NCBI RefSeq assembly: GCF_030144855.1
Contig: NC_082722.1
Location: forward strand, 19,902,001 to 19,966,000
Length of the DNA stretch: 64,000 nt
Direction: 5' to 3'
Source: Hypanus sabinus
Taxonomy: Eukaryota
A program made the translations under genes and the position numbers. Below are positions 35,556 through 46,834 of this stretch, piece by piece. The stretch's first letter is position 1, and each line of letters begins with the position of its first letter. Under the pieces are notes generated by a model that was not told the origin of the DNA, did no database searches, and worked only from the letters and a program-made list of their open reading frames with translations.

Positions 35556-38500
35556 TCATGATAATGGCGGGCGAGCAGTAAGGGTACATGGCTGCCTTTG
35601 GGCAGGAGTACTGGACTTTTCTGCGGCCGGAAGTTGGCAGTGTATTAACCGGCCTCCAATGCAGATGATATTGTTCTTCAGGATCGGGCTGAATTTCCTC
35701 AAAGGGCTGTCCTTCGGTATTGGTTTGTTGACTTGGAGAGCTGAAAACTCCGTTGCGAAAGCCGCTGTTAGCGTTGCTTTGAAGATGACGTCCTTTGCCT
35801 GGGCTAATTCGTCCGCGGTGCGAGGCAAAGTACATTTGTGCCATCCCCTACATTTACTATTTCGGGATGAATGTTTGTGTGATCTGGCCATATGAATGAG
35901 GAACGCAAGTCCTCTCACTAAAGAATTCAAAGTGGAGAACCGCCGAAAGCGTTCGTTGGTACGTATCGATTCCGCGAGGTTGGTGGCTCCTGTTTGTATT
36001 TGCGGCCGAATTTCCGAGTCTCTCTCGGGTTCGATCAGTTCAAATGTCTCGTTCATTTGAGTCCTTTCCGATGGTGGCTGATGCAGAAAGGGGGGTCCGG
36101 TAAACCAGGTTGTCTGAGCCAGACGGGATGCAGGTAAGGATCTTGATGCATGGTCTGCAGGGTTATCCTCGGTACGTACATAATGCCATTGTTCGGGTTT
36201 AGATAACAGGCGGATGCGTAGAACTCTATTATGAACGTACACGTAGAAGCGTTTTGATTCGTTGTAAATATAACCAAGCACGACTTTACTGTCTGTGTAG
36301 AACTTGATATCGTCGAACTCTAGGTCCAGCTCGTCCTGGATAAGGTCTGCCATTTCCACGGCCAGGACGGCTGCGCACAGTTCAAGCCTTGGAATTGTCG
36401 GCTCCGACGGAGGAGTGAGCTTCGCCTTACCCGTTACGAATCCCACTTCGACTTGGCCGTCCTTTCCGACTACTTTCAAGTAAGCCACAGCGCCGATGGC
36501 CTTGGTGGACGCATCCGAAAAAACACACAATTCTGTGTTCCTTGCCTCGGTGGGTGAGGTCACAGTGTACCTACGTTGGATATGAAGCTGTTTTAAATCC
36601 GGCAGTGAATCTCTCCAAGCCTCCCACTTGCTTAGCTTGTCTTCAGGCAGAGGAGTATCCCAGTCAGAGGACTCAGACGTAAGTTCTCTGAGAAGGGCTC
36701 TTCCTTGAATCGTAACTGGTGCCAGTAGACCCAAAGGATCGAAAATACTGTTGACAGTGGAGAGGACTCCACGGCGTGTAAATGGTTTGATCACGGTCGG
36801 CACGGAGAATGTGAATGAGTCGGTCGTTATCTCCCAGAGGAGACCCAAGCTCCTTTGTGTAGGTATGGTTTCTCCATCGAAATCTAGGTCTTTGATTGCT
36901 GGAGCACAGTCATCGTGTGGAAAGGCCTCCATTACTGCCTGACGGTTTGATGCAAACTTATGCAAGCGGAGGTTTGACTCCGCGAGTAAGGCTTGTGTAC
37001 GTCGGAGCAGATCGATTGCTTCATCTTCTGTCCGTAGTGATATCAAACCATCGTCGACGTAGAAGTGCCTTTCTACAAACTTAACGGTGTCGTCACCGTG
37101 CTCCTGTGCACCCTCTCTGATGGCTCTTCGCAGCCCATAGATGGCCACGGCAGGTGACGGACTATTGCCGAAAACGTGGACTTTCATCCGGTACTCGATA
37201 ACTTCCTTGTTGATATCGTTGTCCTTATACCATAAGAAACGGAGGAAATCACGATAGTCCTCCTGTACTAAGAAGCAATGGAACATCTGCTGGATGTCGG
37301 CTAAGATTGCGACCTTCTCCTTCCGGAAGCGCAGCAGGACCCCGAGTAGGGTATTGTTAAGGTCGGGGCCCGTGAGAAGCACGTCATTTAGGGAGACGCC
37401 GGAACACTGGGCACTGGAGTCGAAGACCACCCTGATCTGGTTGGGTTTTTGTGGATGGTAAACTCGAAATGTTGGGAGGTACCAGCACTCCCCGTCTTCC
37501 GGCAGTGGTGGTGTTACTTCGGCATGTCCGTTAGCGAAGATCATTCCCATAAATGCTATATATTGTTGTTGCATCTCGGGTTTCCTATTCAGGGTTTTTT
37601 GTAAGGACATGAACCGCTTGACCGCTTGCTCTTTGTTATTTGGCAAGCGCTGGCGTGGTTCTCTGAAGGGTAGTGGGGCGACCCAATTATTTGCTTCATC
37701 CCTGAAGACTTTGGTGTCCATCATTTTTAAGAAGAAGACGTCTTGAGCTGATGGAGCAAGTTTATTGTCATGATTCGTTTGAGCGAAGACTGACTGGCCC
37801 AGCGACTCGTCGTTTGCCTCGCGCTTGTTAACGCCTTGTTGTGCTTCCTTGTTACACATGGAACTTGTGCAGGGTTGAAAAATCGAATGGCGGCCACTCT
37901 CTAGCACATTGGACTTGAGTGTGTTAACCGTCGGTTTGTGTACGTCACCGAGACACACCTCTCCTATCACCACCCAGCCCAGATCCAGACGTTGCGCGAA
38001 GGGGGCGTCGAGTGGTCCATTGACCTGCTGCCTAACCTTGTGTACCTGGATAACATCTCTTCCTAATAGCAGGAGTATTTCCGCTTTTGGATCCAGTTCT
38101 GGGATGTGTTTGGCGATGTGGTGGAGATGTGGCTGGTGTAGCACCGCACTTGGTGTCGGGATCTCAGTGCGGTTATTCATGATTTCATTGCACTCTAAGA
38201 GCGGAGGGAGACAGATGACGACTTTACCATCCAGGGACTCGATCTGGATGTCTTCTGCCTTCCTTCCTTGGGTTTCCATCTTGCCTGAGCAAGCTCTGAG
38301 GTAGTGTGGGAACTGCTCACCCTCAATGTTGAACAATTTAAAGAACTCTGGACTGACTAGTGAGCGATTGCTCTGATCGTCCAGAATCACATAGGCTTTG
38401 ATGGCCTTGTCTTTGGCTCCTTTAGGGTACACCTTAGTGAGGCAGATCTTGGAACAAGAACGGCTTGACCGTGCTTGACCGCAAACTTCTATACAGTTCG

Positions 38501-40109
38501 TGCTGACAACTGTTGACCTAGAGTGAGCCTCTCCCTCCCCGCCATCCTGTTGTGGGGAAGAAGGAGCGCCGTCGGTTTGCGGTGACAGGCCGGGTTGCAT
38601 GGCCCCGACGTGATCCGTGCTATCACATTCCGGACACTTCACGGCGATCGTACATTCTCTGGCGAGGTGAGAGGTTGAGGAACAGCATCTAAAACATATT
38701 CTTTTCTCCTTGAGAAAGGCCGTCCTCTCTGCAAGGGGTTTTTCCCTAAACATTCTGCATCCTTTGAGGGGGTGAGGTTTGTTATGCAATGGACAACACT
38801 TGCCAGGGTCGTTGTTAGTTGTAAGGGCTTCAGTCTTGAGCACTGACACGGGTTTATCAATGTTGAAAACATTCGAAGAGGATCTACCTGGCTTGGTGTA
38901 AATCGAACTGCTTCCTGGACCCACGAGGTCGTTTCGCCTCTTCGCCTCCTTGCGCACAAACTCAGTGAGGTGCTTAAAGGGAGGAAATCGACCACCGTGG
39001 CCTTCCTTGTACTCTGAGGCAACAGTCAGCCACCTGTCCTGCAGCCCAAATGGAAGTTTGTCCACGATTTGTCTAATCCCGGATGGAGTATCTAGGTATA
39101 CTAGACCAGCTGAGTAGCCATCTTCTTTGGCGCCTTGGATCTCCATGAGTAAATCTCCGAATTCTCTTAACTTAAAGTGATCTTTGGCTGACACCTTAGG
39201 AAAGTTTTCCAGACGTAGATATACCGCCGCTTCAATAATATCGGGGGCCCCATATCTCTCCCGAAGTCTCTCCCACGCTTCGCTTAAGGCTAGCTCGGGT
39301 TTGTTGATGTACACTGAACGTATGCGTCTCACCTGGTCGCGTGATTCTTTTCCCAGCCATTTCGCCATAAGGTCCAACTTTTGGGTTGCACTGAGCTGGA
39401 CTCCGTCGATCGCGTTGGTGAATGTGGAGTACCATGCACGGTAATTTTCAGGTTTATCGTCAAACTGGTACAGTCCCGAAGTGACAAGATCCCGTCGTGC
39501 TAAATACTGCATCGTGGGATCAGCTGTAAGCGGCATGCGGGCCGGAGAAGTACGTTGGCGCCTATATGACTGAGAGCGTACGTTTCTTATGGAATTTGCC
39601 GTCCTGGATTCGACCTCTGCATCTCTTCGCACCAAATCTTGTAAGTTTGGTGTCGAGAAGTATTGGTTGTCAGCTCTTTCATTCTTGACTTCATCGCGGA
39701 GTCGCGAGGGTAAGTTGTCTTCCTTGTATCTTGGGAAGTTATCGAATACGTATGGAGAGGAAGAACGAGCCTGCCTGTCTATTTGAGATCGGACATAGTC
39801 GCTTGTGCGTTCCAATTTGGCCCATTCTGAAGTAGATCTTACTTCGGTCAGATCATGCGTCCCTTCAGCTTCTTCTATGTACCCTGCTTCCGCCTTGGCA
39901 GCTTCTTCTTCTCTTTCTAGCTGCAGCACTTGCAACCTTATCGATATCTTTGCCATTTCCAACTGGATTTCGGCTTCTCTGGCGGCCGCTTCCATTTCTC
40001 TGGCAGCCCTTTCCTTGTCTCTGGCAGCCCTTTCCTTGTGGATTTCGTCTTCTCTGGTGGCCTGTTCCACTTTCAAATCTGCTTCTTGTCTGGCGTAGCA
40101 CAGTCGCAC
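35556..40109 (-). CDS. BEL/Pao gag-pol polyprotein (gag, protease, RT, RNase H), frameshifted at both ends
   Basis: 1517-aa ORF in the track with the motifs listed for the element. Confidence 0.93.
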   Translation of the reverse strand: MRLCYARQEADLKVEQATREDEIHKERAARDKERAAREMEAAAREAEIQLEMAKISIRLQVLQLEREEEAAKAEAGYIEEAEGTHDLTEVRSTSEWAKLERTSDYVRSQIDRQARSSSPYVFDNFPRYKEDNLPSRLRDEVKNERADNQYFSTPNLQDLVRRDAEVESRTANSIRNVRSQSYRRQRTSPARMPLTADPTMQYLARRDLVTSGLYQFDDKPENYRAWYSTFTNAIDGVQLSATQKLDLMAKWLGKESRDQVRRIRSVYINKPELALSEAWERLRERYGAPDIIEAAVYLRLENFPKVSAKDHFKLREFGDLLMEIQGAKEDGYSAGLVYLDTPSGIRQIVDKLPFGLQDRWLTVASEYKEGHGGRFPPFKHLTEFVRKEAKRRNDLVGPGSSSIYTKPGRSSSNVFNIDKPVSVLKTEALTTNNDPGKCCPLHNKPHPLKGCRMFREKPLAERTAFLKEKRICFRCCSSTSHLARECTIAVKCPECDSTDHVGAMQPGLSPQTDGAPSSPQQDGGEGEAHSRSTVVSTNCIEVCGQARSSRSCSKICLTKVYPKGAKDKAIKAYVILDDQSNRSLVSPEFFKLFNIEGEQFPHYLRACSGKMETQGRKAEDIQIESLDGKVVICLPPLLECNEIMNNRTEIPTPSAVLHQPHLHHIAKHIPELDPKAEILLLLGRDVIQVHKVRQQVNGPLDAPFAQRLDLGWVVIGEVCLGDVHKPTVNTLKSNVLESGRHSIFQPCTSSMCNKEAQQGVNKREANDESLGQSVFAQTNHDNKLAPSAQDVFFLKMMDTKVFRDEANNWVAPLPFREPRQRLPNNKEQAVKRFMSLQKTLNRKPEMQQQYIAFMGMIFANGHAEVTPPLPEDGECWYLPTFRVYHPQKPNQIRVVFDSSAQCSGVSLNDVLLTGPDLNNTLLGVLLRFRKEKVAILADIQQMFHCFLVQEDYRDFLRFLWYKDNDINKEVIEYRMKVHVFGNSPSPAVAIYGLRRAIREGAQEHGDDTVKFVERHFYVDDGLISLRTEDEAIDLLRRTQALLAESNLRLHKFASNRQAVMEAFPHDDCAPAIKDLDFDGETIPTQRSLGLLWEITTDSFTFSVPTVIKPFTRRGVLSTVNSIFDPLGLLAPVTIQGRALLRELTSESSDWDTPLPEDKLSKWEAWRDSLPDLKQLHIQRRYTVTSPTEARNTELCVFSDASTKAIGAVAYLKVVGKDGQVEVGFVTGKAKLTPPSEPTIPRLELCAAVLAVEMADLIQDELDLEFDDIKFYTDSKVVLGYIYNESKRFYVYVHNRVLRIRLLSKPEQWHYVRTEDNPADHASRSLPASRLAQTTWFTGPPFLHQPPSERTQMNETFELIEPERDSEIRPQIQTGATNLAESIRTNERFRRFSTLNSLVRGLAFLIHMARSHKHSSRNSKCRGWHKCTLPRTADELAQAKDVIFKATLTAAFATEFSALQVNKPIPKDSPLRKFSPILKNNIICIGGRLIHCQLPAAEKSSTPAQRQPCTLTARPPLS

Positions 40110-40144
40110 CTTGCGGCTTCTGCCTTGGCTCTTGCCTGGGTGGA

Positions 40145-40346
40145 CTTACTTGATGTCGCTCTACTGCCCTTGTCGCTGGGCGCCATCGACTTGATGCTGG
40201 ATCGAGCTGACATTGCAGCACTTGAAACACCTGATAACGCCAGGGTGGGCTTACTTGATGTCGGTCTACTGCCCTTGTCGCTGAGCGGCGTCGACTTGAT
40301 GCTGGATCGAGCTGAAATTGCAGCACTTGAAATACCTGATAATGCC
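40145..40346 (-). repeat. 105-bp direct repeat x2 at the start of BEL gag (35-aa Ser/Ala-rich unit)
   Basis: Copies begin at 40145 and 40250; visible in ORF 40073-40399. Confidence 0.9.
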
Positions 40347-40356
40347 GCTTTTTCAC

Positions 40357-41033
40357 TGTAACACTCTCCTTCGGGTGTAACTAATAACGCCGAATTCAAC
40401 GTCGAGATAAACCACAGTCAATGAAACCAGATCGCAGTAAGATTAACCATTTACTGTTCACTCTTCACATCAACATATGGTGAAAACTGTTGATAAAACA
40501 ATACAAGATTCATACAGTATTTGTTCCTTTCTTAATATCACATTTCAATTGTAAATACTTGTAAAGGTGACTATAACTACATTACACTAAGGTGCAGTAT
40601 ACAGGGAGAGTTTACCTGCTCCATTGACTACTTTAAATACACTTCAATGCAAACTATCCGCAACTCTTTAACTAACGAAAACATAAACATTATCGACCGT
40701 CGTTACTTTTAACAGGATCGGCGTTAACATCTTAGTTCAATATATCGATTATCTATTAACTTACAGCGTTGCTCTCACTGTGATTTCTAATGCTTGCAAA
40801 ACAACTTCTGCTCAGGTCTGCCTCGTGGTGAGCTCCCCCCACCATCGCGTTGATCTCAAACCGGTATTTTCCCACAAGACGCGGCGAAACCGGATGTTAC
40901 GTCATCGCATGCCGATATATTTTACATGCAATGAATATACTTTAAACACTTCTAATTCTAACTAGAAAATACTAACAAATGAATTACTAAGCGAAAATAT
41001 TATAAACTAAATAACTGTCGTAAAGACAACACA
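40357..41033 (-). repeat. BEL 5' LTR
   Basis: Direct repeat of 33729-34405. Confidence 0.95.
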
Positions 41034-42879
41034 GTTACCATCAAATATGAGGTACAGAATCCTGAAAGTACATGCTCAGCAATTCAGAAACAGCTTCTTC
41101 CCCTCTGAGATCGGATTCCTAAATGGACATTGAACTCGTGTATACTACCACTTTTTTAATACATGTTATTTTTGTACGATTTAATCTTTCTAATATACAT
41201 ACACTCTTATAGATTCATTTTGCTACTTAGTGTATTTATTTATTTCTCGTTTTCTGCTGTATTATTGCATTGAGCTGCCGCTGCTAAGTTCACAAACATT
41301 ATGACACATGCCAGTGATAATAAATCTGATTCGGATTCCGAACTGTTGATTTAATTGTGACAAACAACTTCTTTACCAGCCTGTCCACCTCTGTCGACAA
41401 TTTTACAGATCAACGTACCTGCATCTCTCAGTCACCGTGTTCTACTTCAACGCCCAAGACAATCTATTGCACAATTCCTGCTCCAATTTAACTAATCAAA
41501 TGCAACGCTTTGTAAATGTCCCAGTTAAACTCTATCTGCAATTGTTTGGCCCACTTTCTCACTTCCTTGCTTAGTTAATTTTCACTGACCGGTATATCAA
41601 TAATTCCACTGCAACCTGAAAATTGTTAACTACTTAAATATACTATCGAATAAATATTTTAGAGATTCAGATTCAGATTCAGATTCAGTTTATTTTCATT
41701 TAGAAACCACAAATGCAATGCAGTTAAAAATAAGACAATAATATCACAAAAGCATATGACAAAACAGACTACACCAGAAAATCCACATAATGTTTGGCAA
41801 TCCTCAATGCAGAGTCCAGAGAGGCTGCTGCATATTAATATCGCGCTACCTTCTTAGTGCGTTCCCCAGAAAGGAGCTCGAAATCCACCAGACAAACAGT
41901 ACCAAAACCTATATCTACAAGACCTGCACAGAACTAGATAATTACAATAGCAATTACAACAGTGCAAACAATAGCATAATTGATTAAAAAAAATCAGACC
42001 ATGGGCACAGTAAATATAGTCCAAAGATGTTAAAGGATTTTAAGTTCAAAAGAAATCACCATAGTTTACACAAGTCCCCAGGGTCCCGACGGACTCGCCA
42101 TTCTACGCCGGTGGCAGAAGGGAATATCCCGGCTACGGACTTCGACTCAGCTTCGCAGACGCAGCACACACCGAAAGAGACCTGATCGCAGCGGACTCCT
42201 GGTCCGTCGAATCACCGAGCCGATGACCATTCCCTCCGGCACAGCTTCTCCGAGCACACTCCTCTGCCGAGCGTATTAAGATGCATTAAGATGTCAACCA
42301 ATTCTGGAACCAGAACGTACCTCTTCAGTACATAACCAGTTGCAAGCCGTTACTCTTGATATCAATTCTCCACCATCACCTTTTGATTCCTCTAGGAAAC
42401 CAACTTTGCGTTTATGTTCTCAGTTGGCTGGATCACTCTGGCTCTCGTGTCACCCAGCATTCTATACTGTATTGTTATATGGCATCGTGCAAAATTCAAT
42501 TAAGTTAGAGTTTACTGTCCTGCCTTCTGCAATTTTCTGCATAGCCTCTTCAAAACAACCGAATCAAGTTTGTGAGAAACAATTTTCCTTGAGAAATCCA
42601 TGTTTACGGTCACTTTTATATTCTTCGCCTTTCCAAATTCTGATAGATTCTGTCCTTCATCCCAATATCTTTCCCAGCTCCGATATTTGGCTGGTCACCA
42701 GTACGTGCGGGCCTTTTTAAATGAAAGCCAATTAGCCACTTTTCAACGCTCGGGTAGCAAATCCCAGCTTAATGACCGTACTGATATCTCAGTTATTTAA
42801 AACGAGAGCTTTAGTCCATTGTTAGTCCATTGTGCGGGGCCTATCAGCGGCGGCAACTGAGCTCGACGAACTAAATGAA

Positions 42880-44877
42880 AGTACAGACTGGTTAAGCGGA
42901 GCGGTCATTGTCGGGAGGAGGAAAGAAGAGAGAGTAGAAGCGACAGGCTTTGGCTCACTGAGGCGTCAGCGAGGTCAGTGGGTAGGTGGACTTCGTTTCT
43001 GTTTTTACTTTGGAGTGGTTAAGGAATAGAGAGCATGTTGTTAGGGTTAGTATTTTGCTCTGGGTGTCAGATGTGGGAATCCCGGGAATTTTGCATTCTC
43101 CCAGAAGGCGACATCTACTCCAGGTGCATCGAGATGCAGCTCTTGACGTACCGTGTTACGGATCTAAAGCTGCGGTTCGATGATCTACAGCTTATCGGGG
43201 AGAGTGAACGGGAGCGACAGGGAGTTAGTCACCCCGAGGCTGAATGAGTTATACGTTTGTAGATAAGTGGTTGACGGTCAGGGAAGCGAGTGGGAGAACT
43301 CAATTAGTAGAGAGCACCCCTATGGAATCCCACTCAGCAATCGTTCTCTCGTTTTGGAAGCGGTTGAGGGGGATGACTTGACAGAGGACGACCAAAACGA
43401 TTGTGTCTCTGGCACTGTGACTGGTTTTGTGGTACAGAAGGGAAAGAGGAAGATGAGGAATGCAATAATCAAAGGATATTCCATTGTGAGGGGAACAGAC
43501 AGGAGGTTCTGTCAGCCAGATAAAGGTACATGCATGGTGCTTTGCCTCCCAGGTGCCAGGGTACGGGATGTCTCGGATCGGTGAAGAATATTCTGAAGGG
43601 AGAGGGCAAACAGCCAGAAGTCCTGGTACACGTTAGTACGAATGACAAAGGTAGAAAAAGGGAGGAGGCCCTGAAGAGGGAAATCAGGGAGTTAGGTCGG
43701 AAACTGAAAAGCAGGACCTCTAGGGTACTAATCTCAGTATTGCTGCCTGTGCCACCGTTAGCGAGTGCTGAAATAGCAAGATGAGGCGTATTAATGTATG
43801 GCTGGGGGACTGCTGTAGGGAGCAGGGCTTCAGGTTCCTAGATCATTGGGGTATCTTCATGGGGAGGTACGACCTGTACAAAAAGGGATGGGTTACACCT
43901 GAACTCAAGGGGTCCAATATCCTAGTGAGCATATTTAATAGAGTTGTTAGGGAGCGTTTAAACTAATTTGACCGGGGGTTGGGAAACGGAGTGTTCGAGG
44001 AGTCGTGGGTCGAGGAATGGGAGAACAGAAATAAATCAAAGACAGAGTGCAAAAGAGATTATAGAAAGAACAGACAAGAGATGGGGCTTAATCGCATACA
44101 TAAGCACAAGTTACAGGGCAATACGGGCAATATGGTGTAGTTAAACCAGAGAACAACAAATACTGGACTGAAATTGCTATATTTGAATGCACGGAACCTA
44201 AAGAAAAAGAGGGACCACCTTGAAATTCAGCTACAGATTTGCAAATATGATGTTGTGTCCATTGCTTTAACTTGGCTGAACGATGGCTGCCATTGGGATC
44301 CTGACGTCGTAGGTTACACAGTGTATAGGAAAGATAGGTTGGTAGGCAGAGGGCTGGTGTGGCTCTGTGTATAAGAAATCATATTAAATCATGAAAAGAG
44401 ATGAGAAAGTGTTTGGAGGCGTAGAGTCTCTATGGGTTAAGTTAAGGAAATGGAAAAGGTAAATGTACCGGAATGGCAGTTGTATACAGCCCTCCAACCA
44501 GCAGCCGTGATGTTGATTTGAAATTACAGCAGGAGATAGAAAAGGCTTGTCAGAAAGGCAATGCCATGATAATTGTTGGGGATTTTAACATGGAAGTGTA
44601 TTGGAAAAGCCAGGTCAGTGCGGGACCTCGAGAGAGAATTTGTAGAATGTTCAAGGGAGGGCTATTTAGGACAGCTTGCTGTTGATCCCACTAGGGGATT
44701 GGCTGTGCCTGATTACGAGTTGCGCAATGATCCGGAGGTGATAAGAGAGCTTAATGTTAAGGAACCCCTAGTAAACAGCGATCACAACATCATCGAGTTC
44801 ACATTAAAATTTGAGAGGAAATAAATAAAATACAATGCGTCAGTATTTCAGTCGAAGAAAGGAAATTACAATGGCAC
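42880..44877 (+). mobile_element. CR1 LINE 5' part (ORF1 and endonuclease remnants)
   Basis: NAIIKGYSIVRGTDRRFC, LYLNARN, SDHNIIEF in short ORFs; paralogous to the 6540-8380 element. Confidence 0.8.
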
Positions 44878-45784
44878 AACAAAAAAACAAACAATCAACA
44901 TTACGGAATAAGTAAACCAGGAAAGATAATATAATTCATGCAGAAAAAGCCAAGAGAAGCCAGAAACAATCCAACACATTCCAGGATCTTGCGGCAGTTA
45001 AAATCAATCCGATTACGTACATAGGGGCAATCAAGCGGCAGACATTATTTACTAAAAACTTGCTTTGAGTTTCAAACTCAGAAGTGGAACCATACCTTAC
45101 GATAAATGCGTGTCAGGTTCGGTTTGAGAGTCAGAGTCTCACAAGCTATATTACACCTTCTATTATTACAAATTTGTCCATTTACAATAAACGTTCTGTC
45201 CCGCGTTCCAGTTCACGGACCAGCTGTGGAGTCCGAACTCCGGGTCTTCTGGCTGTCCATTGTTTCACTTGGGCTTAATTACAGGCACCTGATTCTCATA
45301 TAGAAAATGGTATGAGAGTGGCCCTGGGTTCGAGTGTGGTTGCTGGTTGGATTCTTCGGTATCCTGTCTTCGCCTCTGTGGGGTAAGTCAGGCCGTTCTT
45401 GCTGTTAACCTACGTTGAGATCTGTCCCTTCCTATCCTTGCCTCCTTTATGCCAGTCAGACCGTCTTTGCTGTTTCTCTGATGCTGGACTGTTCCCTTCC
45501 TTCCCTCTGAAGCCCTGTCGGCTACCTCTCCTGTATCTCTGTCAAGTTCAGCCACCGGAGTGAGACCAGAACCTTGCCACGCCAACAGAAGGAATTATCT
45601 ATCGTTGAGCTTGGAACTGTCCCTTTGTGTCCCTGTGGTTAGTGTCCATGTATGAGTCCTGGTCCTATCTCCTGTCCCCAAGGAGGGGTCCTGTCTCTGT
45701 GTAAAGCCTCGGCCCTAGGTCCTGTTCCGAGGGAGGGGGGGGGGTTGGAATGTCCCGGCTCTGTCTTCTGTGTTCATGTGCGCA

Positions 45785-45845
45785 AGTCCAAGGCTCAGTG
45801 TTCCTGTGCTCCAGTCCAAGGCTCAGTGTTCCTGTGCTCCAGTCC
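45785..45845 (+). repeat. 28-bp tandem repeat x2 (agtccaaggctcagtgttcctgtgctcc)
   Basis: Read directly. Confidence 0.95.
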
Positions 45846-45931
45846 GTATCCAAGTACAAGTCGTAGCCTATACCCTGAGTCCTGGTCTCATCCAGGGCAA
45901 GTGCACGTGTCCAGCTTCGCCTCTCCCCATT

Positions 45932-46019
45932 TCTGCTTTCAGCTCTCCCTCGACCTAGGCTCTGCTTTCAGCTCTCCCTCGACCTAGGCTCTGCTTTCCA
46001 GCTCTCCCTTGACCTAGGC
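45932..46019 (+). repeat. 29-bp tandem repeat x3 (tctgctttcagctctccctcgacctaggc)
   Basis: Read directly. Confidence 0.95.
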
Positions 46020-46761
46020 TCTGCGTTCCTGCTGTCCCTCGATCAAGAACAAAGGCTGAGCTTCATATCCTCGTCCAGCCCTGAATTCCCGCTTCCTGCT
46101 CCCACGGCCAGTCCTGTTATCTTGCCACGTGCAGTCTTCGCCTGGATCCCGAGTCCGAGCCCGAGACAAGACCCAGGATGCGGGTCCCTGTCCAGTTTGT
46201 GGCTCAGAGTCCTTGGCCATGTTCCTAGTTCCTCGTCCAGGTCCCCCTTTCCTACTCTAGCCCGAGGCCATGCCCTGTCTCCTAGTGTTGTCCAGGGCTT
46301 GTGTTTTGACCAGCGTCGTTTCTGCCACACTTCATTTGCTTACTTGATACACCTAGTCCTCTCCCTGGTACTTCAGTGTCTCTGTCATGCACTTGGGCCC
46401 GTTCCCAACGCCTACCTTATGACACGTTCGGATACAGATACTACAGGAAAAACAAGCAAAGAACAAGTTACTTATTAGATAGCCAGTCCAAAATCACACA
46501 ATATATAGTAATCAATGTGTGAAAATAACTTGATATTAAAAGAGAAAATTGAAAGACTATGGAACATGAGCGGGGTCCCAACAGTGAAATCTACAACTGA
46601 TATCAACCCAAAATCATTATACAAAAGTATTCAACAATTAGGTCCATACAGTAGTACTTTTGAAAAATCTTCAGAAAGCCAAAATACGAAACACCAGTCT
46701 GAATTTTGCTAGCAGTTAGAAAATAACTTGTTTGTCTATTCCCGCACTGCAGGCTTTACCT

Positions 46762-46764
<3 letters not shown>

Positions 46765-46809
<45 letters not shown>
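46765..46809 (+). repeat. (CAT)15 microsatellite
   Basis: Read directly. Confidence 0.98.
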
Positions 46810-46811
<2 letters not shown>

Positions 46812-46834
46812 CCCACAGGCGCACTATGGAAAAA

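Larger units (their letters stand above)
33729..41033 (-). mobile_element. BEL/Pao LTR retrotransposon, near full length
   Basis: Two 677-bp LTRs (33729-34405, 40357-41033). 1517-aa ORF with gag, CCHC knuckles, protease (ILDDQSNRS), RT (FYVDDGL) and RNase H (FSDASTKA). Integrase pieces (GLDVFGP, SDCG) in frameshifted ORFs 35129-35491 and 34464-35144. Purine-rich PPT ggcggggag next to the 3' LTR. Confidence 0.97.
31365..44877 (+). repeat. Duplicated block Y3, expanded by the BEL element and a 0.6-kb insertion at about 41661-42288
   Basis: Collinear with Y1. Confidence 0.85.
45111..46424. mobile_element. Unclassified 1.3-kb GC-richer element with TGTCA...TGACA ends and internal tandem repeats
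   Basis: Ends form a 7-bp inverted repeat (cgtgtca/tgacacg); 28-bp x2 and 29-bp x3 internal repeats; no clear TSD. Confidence 0.5.
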
